Assembly: GCA_964016885.1 (NCBI GenBank)
Contig: OZ024742.1
Coordinates: 120,528,001 to 120,592,000 of the forward strand
Origin: Eledone cirrhosa
Lineage: Eukaryota
DNA length: 64,000 bases
Direction of reading: 5' to 3'
Part shown: positions 39,801 to 53,048 of the stretch, piece after piece
Numbering within the stretch: position 1 is the first letter of the stretch
Layout: each line of letters starts with the position of its first letter
The notes under the pieces: generated by a model
Database searches by the model: none
Seen by the model: only the letters and a program-made list of their open reading frames with translations
What the model was told of the DNA's origin: nothing
Translations under genes and position numbers: made by a program

Positions 39801-40136
39801 GGAGGCACATGGCTTAGTGGTTAGAGCATTGGCCTTGCAATCAAAAGGTTGTGAGTTCAATTCTCAGACCGGGTGATGTGTTGTTTCCTTGAGCAAGACA
39901 CTTTATTTCACATTGCTCCAGTTTACTCAGCTGTAGAAATGAGATGATAGGGACTGGAGTCCCTATCATTCCACTGCAAAGTGGTTGTGGAGGTGCCACG
40001 GCAAAAAAGCACCCAGCACTCATTGTAAATGAGGTTGGTGTTAGGAAGGGCATCCAGCTGTAGAAATCAAGCCAGAATCAGTTCCCGTCCCACCCTTGCA
40101 AGCAGGGAAAAGTGGACGTAAAATGATGATGATGAT
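39801..40136 (+). mobile_element. Full-length tRNA-derived SINE family B (tRNA head, central domain, RTE-type tail, (GAT)n)
   Basis: A box TGGCTTAGTGG, B-box-like GAGTTCAATTC, tail shared with RTE LINE 3' UTR. Confidence 0.9.
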
Positions 40137-40585
40137 TTCTAGTAGGTAGATTGGTTACATAAAGGCTTCTATCATTGGTTCATTGGTAGATTAATTGTTT
40201 TGCCAGCTGGTTGACCAACTATAACCACAGTAATATTGGGGTGAATTTATTTGTTAGTCAAGCAAACTTAATGAAGCAGAATCGTGGACCATGTCTATAA
40301 ACATAATCTCCATCATAAGCAGGTTGAACTATGTAAACCAGTACTCTAATTTTCTGGTTTTCAATAATTTCACGGAAGCAGTATAGTTGGCTAAATCAGG
40401 TCCAGTACATGACTGGTACTTATCTTAATTGATCTTCAATGACATAAAATTAAAGTTAGCTCACTGCAGAATTTGAAAACACATCATAAAGAAGTGTCAC
40501 CAAATACTGCAAAGGTATTTTCTCTGTGATTTTCTATTTCTGACACGGTTATTATCTTTCATTAAAAACATCAACAATAATTATG

Positions 40586-40801
40586 ATTTCTAGTCCAGGC
40601 ACAAGGCCAGTAATTTGGGGGAAGGGGAAAGTCGATTAAATCGACCCCAGTACATTACTGGTACTTTATTTTATCGACCCGCTAAGGATGAAAGGCAAAG
40701 TTAACCTCAGCAGGATTTGAACTCAGACCGTAAAGGACCGTAACTCTATGCTGCAAAGCATGTTGTCCGATGCTCTACCGATACTGCCAAACCACCACCC
40801 T
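40586..40801 (-). mobile_element. Full-length SINE family A with 19-bp target-site duplication
   Basis: TSD aacatcaacaataattatg at 40567-40585 and 40802-40820. Confidence 0.92.
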
Positions 40802-40841
40802 AACATCAACAATAATTATGGTAGCAAAAATATCTTTCCAG

Positions 40842-40910
40842 AATAAATATTATGGTCACCACTACTGAGTAGTTATATTATTCATTCTTCAAGGTATTGC
40901 AATATCGCAG
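40842..40910 (+). other. Candidate 69-nt exon of a rightward transcript
   Basis: Acceptor tatctttccag| and strong donor CAG|gtaaga; all three frames contain a stop, so non-coding if real. Confidence 0.3.
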
Positions 40911-42019
40911 GTAAGAAAACCACTGATTTCTCCTCCCTTCTTTCTCATTATTTCATTATTTATTTCCCCTCTCCCTCCCTCCCTCCCCCCTTTCTCTCTC
41001 TAACAAAGTTTTTTTGTGTCTAATTAACATTCTTAGCTTATCTATATTCATTCCGTCTGTCAAGTTTATATGACACATGTAGTGAATTCTACTTCACTCA
41101 TTCCTTTCTACTTGAATGTAAATCCAAACTTGATGCTATGCTGTATTAGCTTCACATTTATACCCTCGAAACTTCTTTGCATTACCAGATCAATTGGTAT
41201 TAATTTCATGTGATTTCCACTCCCTTGTGTATTCCTTTGATATTGTAGCAGCTGACATTAATGACTATGTGCCTAGATATAACACCTTTCTGAACAAGCC
41301 AAAAAGAAAGTCTCTGTAGGAATTACTTGGCCTGCTAGAGATAGCAGCTAAATCTCTGTCATATCACCCCCTACCAACTTACAAAGAGAAGGGCTCATTG
41401 AATAATATAATCATAGATACACTGTCAGGACAAAAAGAAAAAAAAGTAGAAAAGATGATCCCAGCTAGACTGCCTTTGATCATAGATCTCCTCAACTAAG
41501 GATAAACTGGGACTAAACAATACAACAGTTTTCCAAAATGATTGCGTTGAATAGATATATAAATAGCTATAATTCCTTCTGTTAGCCCAAAATATTTCAA
41601 CAATTCTTTGACTATATTTTCATTCCTTTCAGCATGTTATCTATGAAATTATGGAAGGACTGCAGAAGAAAAAAACTAAAGATGATCTGAACAGAAGCTG
41701 TGAGAGCTGACCTCAAGAGGCTCCCTCTCACAAAAAAGGTGATGAAGGAACATAATTTGAGGGATGCTGTGCTGAAAAAGATCCATCCAACATGTGCTAG
41801 TATGGACAAGTAAACATAAAAGGATGATGATGATGATGATGATAAAGGTGGTGGTAGTGATGATGATGATAAAGGTGGTGGTAGTGATGATGATGATAAT
41901 GATGATAGTGGTGGTGGTGGTGGTGGTGGTGGTGGTGGTAGTAGTCATGGTGCTTTCTTTTAATTATTATTCTTTCAGTAAAAGAAACATCAAATATTTT
42001 GAAATGTTTTTTTCATACA

Positions 42020-42780
42020 ACTTTGTCACAATACTGTTGCAGAACAGATGGGTCCTTGCAATGTCACACTTTGCCACAACACTGACACAGAACAGATGGC
42101 TTCTTACAATGTCACACTGTGTCACAACACTGACGCAGAAGTGATGGCTTCTTACAATGTCATACTGTGTCACAATACTGACACAAAAGTGATAGCTTCT
42201 TGTAATGTCACACTTTGTCACAATACTGACACACAACAGATGGCTTCTTACAATGTCACACTGTGTCACAACACTGACACAGAAGTGATGGCTTCTTACA
42301 ATGTCACACTGTGTTACAATACTGACACACAACAGATAGCTTCTTGTAATGTCACACTTTGTCACAATACTGACACACAACAGATGGCTTCTTACAATGT
42401 CACACTGTGTCACAACACTGACACAGAAGTGATGGCTTCTTACAATGTCACACTGTGTTACAATACTGACACACAACAGATAGCTTCTTGTAATGTCACA
42501 CTTTGTCACAATACTGACACACAACAGATGGCTTCTTACAATGTCATACTGTGTCACAACACTGACACAAAAGTGATAGCTTCTTGTTATGTCATACTGT
42601 GTCAAAATACTGTCACAGAAGTGATGGCCTCTTATAATGTCACACTGTGTCACAATACTGACACACAACAGATGGCTTATTACAATGTCACACTTTATCA
42701 CAATACTGACACAGAAGTGATGGCCTCTTGTAATGGCATACTGTGTCAGTATTATGACACAGAAGTAATGTCTTCTTGCA
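42020..42780. repeat. Minisatellite, 48-bp unit with 144-bp (3-unit) higher-order repeat, about 16 copies
   Basis: GATGGCTTCTTACAATGTCACACTGTGTCACAACACTGACACAGAAGT; variant pattern repeats every third unit. Confidence 0.95.
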
Positions 42781-44514
42781 AACTTAGAATTCAGCAAACT
42801 GTTTCCTCTGCCTTTTGTCTTTATCTTCTGAATTTTCACATTAGCTGGCCATATTGGAGTTATCTCTTAAGGGGTAGTTTTTATCTACTAATTGCATGGA
42901 TAGTCTCACTTAAGCAAAGTCTTTCCAATTCCATGTAGCAACACCTTACATATTTGGAATATACACAAATATCATTTATTATATTTTGTCATATTCTACT
43001 CAATCAACTATAGATAAAAGATGAAATATATTTCATTGTTAAGCCTTATATAAATGGTTGCTACCTCAAACTTTATTCCATTATTTTTTGGCAATTTAGT
43101 TTCCAAACAAATTATGGAAGAAGGAATTATGAAGATTAAAATTAATGTAAATAAAACTCCAGAAATTGGAAACTAGATTATACTGATAATTTCTCCAATC
43201 ATTTACAATGTACTTCTTTTGGATAAAATTTTTAAAATTGTTAACAGAATTAAGTCTGTTGCATGACTATTTGTTACTAGACTAAATTTCTTTATTAGCT
43301 CAGAATTCTTTGTTGTAGACATAATGAACCATTAGTAAAGATTCTTGTAATAGTTTCAGTCAATGGAAAGAAGACTGCCAAAAGATTAATCTTAGTACAA
43401 GCATCTTGGAGAGCTAGTAAGCTCAGTTTCAGGTACAGTAGAAACCTTTCTGTGTAATGTTTTGTACATTTTTTCTCAATGCAACCTTTTTAGAAGGAAA
43501 CCATCTTCAGTGCAATTTCAATGACCTGAAATATCAAAATCATTGTGAATATTTCACAACATTTGCTCATGTCCTCAATCACTGTAATATTGCTAAATCT
43601 ATGTACATATTCACAGTAGTATAAGTTTAATATATATTGCAAATTCAAGTATTCAACTTTCCTTGAATTGTTGGGGGAAATAATTCTTTATTATCTTCCT
43701 TCTCTTCTCACTCTCAACACCCACAAAGCAAAGAGAGCAACTAGTACACCCTATAAGTTGGTTGGTGATAGGAAATGCATCCCACAACCATGCTAAAAGA
43801 TTTGAGAGGAACCTCTCTAGTGATGGTAATATACATGTCAAATGCACCACTGTAAAGTGGTTAGTGATAGGAAGGGCATCCACCCATTTAAAGCTTATCA
43901 AAGAAACGTATTGCGATGATGCTCCAGTTGTGTCAGGGACATGACAAGCTTCCTGGTGCTGGTGGTCTACACGATAAACACACCCAATACATGTTCTAAA
44001 GTGGTTGGTGATAGAAAAGGGCATCCAGCCATAGAAAGCTTGTAGTGTGCAGGAGAGGAGAATGCATTGGTATAGACATGTAATGTATATGAAGAAGGAC
44101 AGCAGGGCACTCAAAATTGATAGAAGCTATAGTGTAGGAAGGCGATGACACAAGATCAAGATCTCAGACGTTATGCCGCCTTCCCATATACATGGGTTGA
44201 AGCATAAATCTTGTTTGCACTACTTTCCCCTCACCCTTCCATATACCACACGTCCTAACCCCTCCCTTCATTCACCCCCCCCCCCTTGCACCTCCACGTC
44301 CTAACACCCACCCTTCTCTAGATAAGTGTCCCCTCTTAGATCTACCTCTCCATTCCCCTTGTACCTCCACTACCCAAGCGCTTAGTTCACACTATAAAGT
44401 GATTGTGTAGGTGCCATGACAAAAAGCACCCAGTCCACATTGTAAAGTGGTCATCTAGGTGTCATAATAAATAGTGTCCAGTCCACACTGTAAATGTGGT
44501 TGGTCTTAGGAACC

Positions 44515-44578
44515 GTGACCTGTTGGGTCTCATTCACTTAAAAATAATTTTTAAATAATCAAAATATGCACAGACATG

Positions 44579-44623
<45 letters not shown>

Positions 44624-44734
44624 GCACGCCTGTGCATATTTTGATTATGCATATAATGTGAAATGAAACTGGAAGGCCCATATATATACGTGTGTGTATG
44701 TATATATATATATATAATTGTGTGTGTGTATACA

Positions 44735-44797
<63 letters not shown>

Positions 44798-45812
44798 GTA
44801 AAAGGTAAACAGAAATAACAACACAATCGGTACAGTATATGGAAGGGATATATTAGGTTAACACTTGATATAGCAGGAAGAGGGTCTTAACGTTTTGGAC
44901 GCTAGTCCTTCATCAGAAAAAAAAATGAGAAATAAGATAGATTGAGGGGACGGGCGGGTTGGAATTGGAAAAAATGTCTTTAGATAAAAATAGCAGGTCC
45001 ATTCATGTTGACATCTCTTGCAAAACTGTTGGTGCTGACGTTTTGTGTATGATTTATTTTTTAGAAAAGTGGATGATGGAGCGTGTCTACCTGAAATGGA
45101 AAAAAAAACGTTTTGTAAAAGGAGCTATACTTGTGCACGTGCGTAAGCATGTGTTTGTGTGTGTATGTATGTGTGTGTTTGTGTGTGTTATTATACGTTC
45201 ATACGAAGCTAAGAAGAAAAGTGTGTGTATATGTGAGTAAAAGAGTGTGTGTGCCTGTAAGTACGAAGCTATGAGCAAAAGTATGTTAACATAAGGGTGT
45301 CTATGTGTGTATACAGAACAGTGAAGGGAAAAGTGGAGTGAGCATATATAGTCAGCATGTATTAGTTGTAAGAGAAGAGCGATAGGAATCTAGGGGTATA
45401 CACTGGTCATAGACACACACACATATACACACATATATATATATATATATATACACACAACAGCACCACCAGCTGTCTCTCTCTCTCTCTCTCACTCTCT
45501 CTTCCATTCTCCTTCTCTGTCTCGTCTCCCTCTCTCTATGTCTCTCTTTCAATCTACTCTCTCACAACCACCATCTGTTTCTCTCTATCCTTCTCTTTCT
45601 CTCTGTTTATGAAGGTAATTGAAAAAATCCCATATCTCGAGAACCTGTCCTCCGATTTACTCAAAACTTGTTTTATTCCATTTGTATTCACATTTCAGGG
45701 TCAACTTCTATTCAAAGTATTTTCCCGTTATGCGCCCTTTTGGCTGTATTACATTACAGACAAGCAAGCAAGGAAGCAAGCAAGCAATCGCAGAGTTTTA
45801 GTAATATATATG
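44515..45812 (+). mobile_element. Probable Helentron/DINE-like non-autonomous element with nested insertions; second copy at 51568-55373
   Basis: Same 5' block (44515-44685 vs 51575-51680) and 3' block (45550-45812 vs 55120-55373, ending caagcaagcaag...cagagttttagtaatatata) in both copies; family assignment is inference. Confidence 0.55.
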
Positions 45813-45852
45813 TATATACAGATATATATAGGAAAAGAGTCAGGACCCATAG

Positions 45853-45884
<32 letters not shown>

Positions 45885-46431
45885 TCATCATCATCTTACA
45901 TTTGCTTTCCATGCTAGCATGAGTTGGACAGGTTGTCCAAGACCAGATAGGTCAGTTAGTCTTACTCATATGTTCCATATTTAGCATGGTTTCTATGAAT
46001 GGATGTTCTTCTACTGCAGCTTCCTTCCATTTGGATTTCTTGGCCCTTTTTTACCCAAGGTTCATCATCCATGCACATCACATATCCATATCAGTGCAAT
46101 CATTTCTCTTGCACACTACATCTGTTTTTCTCTCAGTTCATCTATGCTTTGTCAATCATACACATCAGTATTACACACACCTATATATATATATATATAT
46201 ATATATCCAGGGGGTGTAACTTGGAGTTACTGCAGGTTCACCTGGGAGAGCACTCGACGTTTAGGTTCACTTCTGTGATGAAGTATAGAGCTATACAGAG
46301 TGTAATATATTCAAAGAGTGTAATATATAAAAACAAACATAAATTATCGAGATTCGCATTTCGGCCCACGAAATAACGAAAAACAACCTCCGAGATGTGA
46401 GGCAAGTGGTCAATGATTCAGATGAACCAGA

Positions 46432-46486
<55 letters not shown>

Positions 46487-46797
46487 TGTATATATGTGTA
46501 TATATATATTAATATATATATAGCAGGGCGATCAAAATTGATGGTAGTCTGTTTAGATACACTTACCATTCTCTGATCCTCCACCACCTTCCCCCTTCCT
46601 ACCCCATCCTCACCCTTAGCCTAGCTTGCCACTATGACAAATTTGACTGAAGCACTGCCATGCTAGCTAGTGACCTATTCTTATGTACCCTGGAAAAATT
46701 CATACACCACTGAAAAGTCTTGCTGAACTCACTAGCCGAAACCGCTTGGCACCACTGTTGGAATTATACTCCCCACCTCTCTCTCTCTCTCTCTCTA

Positions 46798-46884
<87 letters not shown>

Positions 46885-46916
46885 CTTTATCTATCTATCT
46901 CTCTCTAAATATATAT

Positions 46917-47120
46917 ATAGGAAAAGAGTCAGGTCCCCGACGGCTGAGCTCCAGCCATTTTGACAACTAGATCCGAACAGTTTGGATCTAGCTGTTGAAA
47001 TGGCCAGAGCTCAGCCGTCGGGGTCCTGACTCTTTTCCTATTACCCACTCTACTACTCTAAGTATTGAGTACTCTGGTGAGTTATGGTCCACTTGGTATC
47101 TTACCACATCCTCTTTTCCT
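46917..47120 (-). mobile_element. (TA)n-embedded fold-back element, copy C (~61-bp arms, almost no loop)
   Basis: Arms 46917-46977 / 46980-47041; leader homologous to copies A and B; partial arms also at 34090-34146 and 45829-45850. Confidence 0.85.
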
Positions 47121-47130
47121 ATATATATTT

Positions 47131-47182
<52 letters not shown>

Positions 47183-47297
47183 AGTATAATTCCAACGGTG
47201 GTGCAAAGCGGTTTCGGCTAGTGAGTTCATATATATATATATTATTGTATTCAGTCATGTAGAGCAAACATTTTTTTTTTTTTTAATATATATATAT

Positions 47298-47575
47298 CTA
47301 AATATATAAAGTTGTAGTTCCTGTCTGTTTGTTTGTTTGTTCACGAACTCCTCCTATGGTTTTGGAGATAGACCCCCATAACCATTCTGAAACTACATTG
47401 ACCAGGGTACTTGGATAAGTATATTTCATTTTAATCAAAGGGTTCCCCGGGGGCATAAAACCCCCGTTGAAAACCCCCGCTGAAAATTTTTTCACTTCGC
47501 TTTATTTGAAATTTAAAGTATAGGTAAATGACAAGATATGATGCCTATTCACAAAATTTCAGCAAATTTCAATAA
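47298..47575 (-). mobile_element. Helentron/DINE-like fragment
   Basis: ctaaatatataaag followed by a (tgtt)n microsatellite, a typical HINE end organisation; classification inferred. Confidence 0.4.
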
Positions 47576-47876
47576 TATATATATCATCATCATCATCATC
47601 ACCACCGTTTTACGTCCGTTCTTCCATGCTAGCATGGGTTAGACGGGTTGTCCTGTTGTGGGCAGTGTCTGGTCGGCTGACCATGCTTTACTCATACAGG
47701 AACTGATTTGGCTTGATTTCTACAGCTGGATGCCCTTCCTAACACCAACCTCATTTACAGTGAGTGATGGGTGTTTTTTTCGTGGCGCCTACACGTCCAT
47801 TTTACAGTGTGAGTTGTGCTTTTTTGCCGTGGCACCTCCACGACCACCTTGCAGTGGGGGGTGTGGGGGCATATAT

Positions 47877-47879
<3 letters not shown>

Positions 47880-47921
<42 letters not shown>

Positions 47922-48513
47922 GTTTAACGTCCGTGTTCCACGCTTGCATGGGTTTGGACGGGGGTTTTCCCACTTGAGGCAAGAGTGATTGTCTTGCTCG
48001 CATAGGACTGTCTGGCGGGTTTTCTACAGCTGGATGCCCTTCCTAACACCAACCACATTTACAATGTGGGGCTGGGAGGTTTTTACCGTGTTGCCTACAC
48101 AGCCATATTACAGCGTGGACTGTCTAGTGGGTTTTCTACAGCTGGATGCCCTTCCTAACACCAACCACATTTACAGTGTGGGGCTGGGAGGTTTTTACCG
48201 TGTTGTCTACACGGCCACATTACAGCGTGGACTGTGTGTTTTTTGTCGTGACACCTACACGATCTCATTTGTTTCGGCCTGGATGTTGTGGCACCAACAT
48301 AACTTTACATTGAAAGGGGCGGTGTGGATGGGGTGGGGGTGGTGGGACGGGGGTGTATTTTGTTAGAGATGCCTACTGCCTGTAGTAGGTTTTACTTTGT
48401 ATTTAGGTAAGGCGGGTCTTCTCTATTACTGAGTACCGCCAAAGGTCTCGGTCCAGTGACATTGTCTTGGAGAGGTGTAAGTGTGTGAGGTCGGAGTTTA
48501 TCAGCTCGTCCAT
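47880..48513 (-). mobile_element. 3' end of RTE family 1 LINE (ORF end plus 3' UTR with internal ~110-bp duplication)
   Basis: 48365-48513 matches 20717-20858; the remainder is the shared tail. Confidence 0.88.
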
Positions 48514-48832
48514 AATATTAGGAAGGGCATCCAGCCGTAGAAACCTGCCAGATAGTCCTATATGAGCGAGACATGGTCACCCGACCAACCTTGCCTTAAG
48601 TGAGACAACTCCCATCTAACCCATGCTAACGTGGAAAGTGGACGTTAAACGAGGATGATGATGATGATAATGATATATATATATATAAATTTTGAATATA
48701 TGTTGGTTGTTTACCGACACCTCAGTATGCAGATTGGAGCACTCGACGAAGTGCGCAGGTTGGTTTGGTTACCCCAGAGTAATGTAAAATAAAATAAATA
48801 AGTCAAATATTTAAAATTTAGCTTCATTTATT

Positions 48833-48887
48833 ACTGCTATATATATTTCGGTGACAGCCATCTTTGGCTGTGACCTCTTCAGGCAGT
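48833..48887 (-). ncRNA. Type I hammerhead ribozyme motif
   Basis: ACTGC-CTGAAGA-GGTcACAGCCA-aaga-TGGCTGTcACC-GAAA-T-ATAT-ATA-GCAGT: 5-bp stem I, long stem II, palindromic stem III, AUA site, followed by AATAAA. Confidence 0.8.
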
Positions 48888-50270
48888 CCGAATTATTGTG
48901 GTAGAGACGGGTACACCTGTTGTTGAGGTGTTTAACTTTGTCAATATGCCCAGTTCCTGGTTGGGTTGTTATTTCTCTGAGGAACTGGAATCATATGAAT
49001 TCGAACAAACGAATTTCAGCGTCAATGGACACTCTCTCCTCCCATTGGTCAGTTGTGAGAACATTCCTCAGTCAAAAGTCTATAGAAATTCTTTCTGAGG
49101 CGAGGCAATCTGTTGTGGTTGTTTTTGTTAAGTTCAGCTGACCTTCTCCCTTATGTTCGTAGTGGTGTTGGTGTTGGGGTCAGCTTAAGTCCGGCTGCTG
49201 CTATTTTTAGAAGAATTTGTGTGTGTCTGTTGGCATCTATCCTGCCACTATTTCTCGTGGTGGTGGTGGGGGGGGGGGGGGGGGGGGCAAGCAGAAGAAG
49301 AAATAAGATAAAGTAAAATGGGGAAATAAAAGAATATAAGGCAATAAAATGAGGAAAATAAAAAATATAAAAACGAAGAGAAAAGTAAAATGAAAAGGTA
49401 AAAAAATAAAAAAATAAAAGAATGAAATAAAGAAATAAAAAGTAAAATAAAATAAAATAAAATAAAATAAAATAAAATAAAATACAAAATAAATAAACAA
49501 AAAAATAATAAAATAGTAAAAGGAATAAGATAATAAAAGAATAAAATAAGATAATAAAATAAAATGCGTGTGTTATAACCAATCTCAAAGTTTGAAAGAT
49601 TTGGAAGATATTGACCGAAGTAGAAAGGCTGTGTCAGAATCCATCTTTACACTATCATGGTGTGATGCGTTTTAAGAGCAAATGAGACAAGGGTGGAGTG
49701 TAAAACCCCAGAACCCGAGTGTTAAACTCCGGAAAGGCAGAGGACTACAGTTCCCATTTTGGCATAGAGCACACATGCTTGTATGTCAACCCATATCATT
49801 CCAAGCACACATGCACAGGCACAGGCCCAGGTGCATCCCCTAAGCACCACCCACACACACACACACATTATAACCCCCCCCCCCCCCACACACACACACA
49901 CACATACACACACACACACCCACATGCACATGCACACACACACACACACCCACACATACACATGTAAGTTTCTGTGCATGTACAATCTTAAATAACAGTA
50001 TCTATGGATGGACATATGCATAAGTATGTGTTGTCACAGGAGTCGATCGAGGCAGGGGTAGGGTGTGGTTTGCCGTGGGCTCAAAGTGGTGGGGCTGCTA
50101 TCCTTATAGCTAGAGGGAAGTTCCCATCCCAATGTTTTGTTATTGTCCATATAGCTTGAGGAAGGTCCCGGCCCTGAGGTGTCTGCATGTCCCGGAGGAG
50201 TCCCTATAGCTTGAGGGGAGTTCCCATCCTAATGTGTTGTTACTGTCCATATAGCTTGAGGGAGGTCCCA

Positions 50271-50322
50271 GCCTGAAGAGGTCACAGCCAAAGATGGCTG
50301 TCACCGAAATATATATAGCAGT
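50271..50322 (+). ncRNA. Type I hammerhead ribozyme motif (second copy, weaker stem I)
   Basis: CTGAAGA 50273-50279, GAAA 50306-50309, same core and stems II/III as 48833-48887. Confidence 0.7.
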
Positions 50323-50365
50323 AATAAACGAAGCCAAATTTTAAATATTTGACTTATTTATTTAA

Positions 50366-50474
<109 letters not shown>

Positions 50475-51671
50475 AATAGATAGTTAGTTATATGTAAAAC
50501 TGCCAAAGACACTATCATTAAGTTAACATATTAGCATTACTATAAAAGTAAAAATAATATGCAAAAAGCTTTTATTGATAAATGAGAAATTTACTGTTGA
50601 CGTATACAGCATGCATAATAGAAATTAAATATTTTGATAGGAAATGTTTGGAATCAGTATGTATGCCAGTTTCCTTGTATATTGACATGTAAAGTAAATA
50701 AATAATATTTCTGATCCTAATGAAACTCAGTATTTACTTTCTTAGTTTTGCATTTATTGATTTGACTAGACTAAAGACGATCGATACTCAAGCAACGTGT
50801 GTGACTTGTTCAGGGCTGGCACCTGATTATTTAGTGACCTCTCCCATTTCTACACCCTATTCTCCCAAATTAAATAATTTCAAATTACAGATTAACGAGC
50901 CACCAAACTTTGATTTAGAAACTTCTTGCTTGGAACATACTTAGAAAATTACAAAGCCTGCATTTTCTACTACACAGTCCAGGAGTCACGACAAAAGCAC
51001 CCAGCCCAACTGTAATGTGTTCATGTAGGTGTCACGACAAAAAGTACCCAGCCCACACTGTAAAGTGGTTGTGTAGGTGTCACAACAAAAAGCACCCAGC
51101 CCACACTGTAATGTGGTTGTGTAGGTGTCACGACTAAAAGCACCCAGCCCACGCTGTCAAGTGGTCGTGTAGGAGTCATGACAAAAAGCACCCAACACAC
51201 ACTGTAAATGTGATTGTGTAGGTGTCACAACAAAAAGCACCCAGCCCACACTGTAAATGTGGTTGGAGTTAGGAGGGGCATCCAGCTGTAGAAATCTAAT
51301 CAGAAACAGTTCTGTATGAGCAGGACACGGTCACTTGACCCAACTCTCCTCAAATGGAACAACCCATCTAACCCATGTTAGCATGGAAAGTGGCTATTAA
51401 ATAACGATCATGATGATGAAGGTGAGTCCACACTCACACATGCTGCATCATGTGACAGATTCTCACACCATACAACACACTCCACCTAGTTATATATTTC
51501 CACAATGTTGCTGTACAGCAAAAAAATATTTTGTGATTTATTTATTGATTGAAGAAAATTATTATATACTAGACCACCTATGACCCATTGGGTTATGTTC
51601 ACTTAAAAATAATTTTTAAATAATTAAAATATACACAGACATGTATATAATGTAAAATGAAATTGGAAGGC

Positions 51672-51715
<44 letters not shown>

Positions 51716-51723
51716 ATCTATCT

Positions 51724-51892
51724 AAGGCGGGTAAAATTCCCGAGATCCATGGACGAGTTCTCTCCAGCGGTCTCTGTCCCTCATTATCGCTGCCATATCC
51801 TGCATCTCCAACAGACCAGTGTCTGTCCTTAGGGCATCAACATATGTTAACCTTGGTCTTCCTCTTCTAGTGTGTCCATGTAGGGGCTCCCT
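51724..51892 (-). mobile_element. RTE family 2 extreme 3' fragment
   Basis: Closely matches 30538-30708. Confidence 0.88.
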
Positions 51893-52394
51893 ATATATAT
51901 ATCACAGAAAAAAGAGAATCAGTGTTGCGACGAATATATATATCATCATCATCATCACTGTTTTACGTCCGTTCTTCCATGCTAGCATGGGTTAGACGGG
52001 TTGTCCTGTTGTGGGCAGTGTCCAGTCGGCTGACCTTGTCTTGCTCATACGGGAACTGATCCTGGCTTGATTTCTACAGCTGGATGCCCTTCCTAACACC
52101 AATCTCATTTACAGTGAGTGCTGGGTGCTTTATTTCCGTGGTGCCTACACGTCCACTTTACAGTCTGGGCTGGGTGCTTTTTTGCCATGGCACCTCCACG
52201 ACCACTTTGCAGTGGGAGGGTGTGGGGGCATATTGTCTATATGCTTCAGCTTCGGCTTGTACTCGTGGAGGGTCGGGTCTTCTGTATTACTGCGTGACGC
52301 CAGAGGTCACGGTCGTGTGTCTGTGTGTGTGTATATATATATGCAGGTGTCTGTGAGCTATATACACCGGTCACAGATACACACACATATATAA

Positions 52395-52471
<77 letters not shown>

Positions 52472-53012
52472 CAGTGGCGGACTGGGTCTAAAAATATTGG
52501 TTGCCAGGAGATTGAAGGGGGTCCACCTACATATAGAATGCTATCATTTAATTTTTATAATGAATAAATAACATTTTCCAAAAATACATACGTGAAAATA
52601 AAACAGTGCAATCAAATTTTTGCAGAAAAATATCTTACCTTCTCAAATAAAAAATATTACGTATTTTGCGAAATCCAGAAACTTTCAATAATGACCAGAA
52701 GTCAACCATAAATATTACTAATAGCGCTAGGAAAGCCATGAACGACAGCACATCTTTTTAACTTTGATTTTGAAAGTAGGTTTATAATTATCAATTTTCA
52801 TTATACTTTGTAGCTGTCTCAGTGGCCTAGTTGTGGTGATCCTGGTCTGAAGTTCCATCCTGGTTGGGAGTAGGGTTCCTGGTAAACCTTTTCAGTTTTT
52901 TTCTGTTGGTTGTAAAATAAAAACTGAAAAATGTTACATGTACCTCTTGACCAGGATTGAACCCAAGACCAGGATCTCCACCGTCTCTAGTACCTACTGC
53001 TAGGCCACTCAG

Positions 53013-53048
<36 letters not shown>

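Noticed and set aside
39801-39875. tRNA gene-like sequences (also 3857, 20115, 22410, 62168)
   Set aside because: No complete cloverleaf; they continue into SINE bodies and tails
41676-42144. Poly-Thr/Ile/Val/Met ORFs, and similar His/Asp/Ser-rich ORFs at 59413-59805 and YI/SL-repeat ORFs throughout
   Set aside because: Translations of microsatellites
49151-49588. Hydrophobic Phe/Tyr/Ile-rich ORFs resembling membrane proteins
   Set aside because: Derived from an (AAAAT)n low-complexity tract
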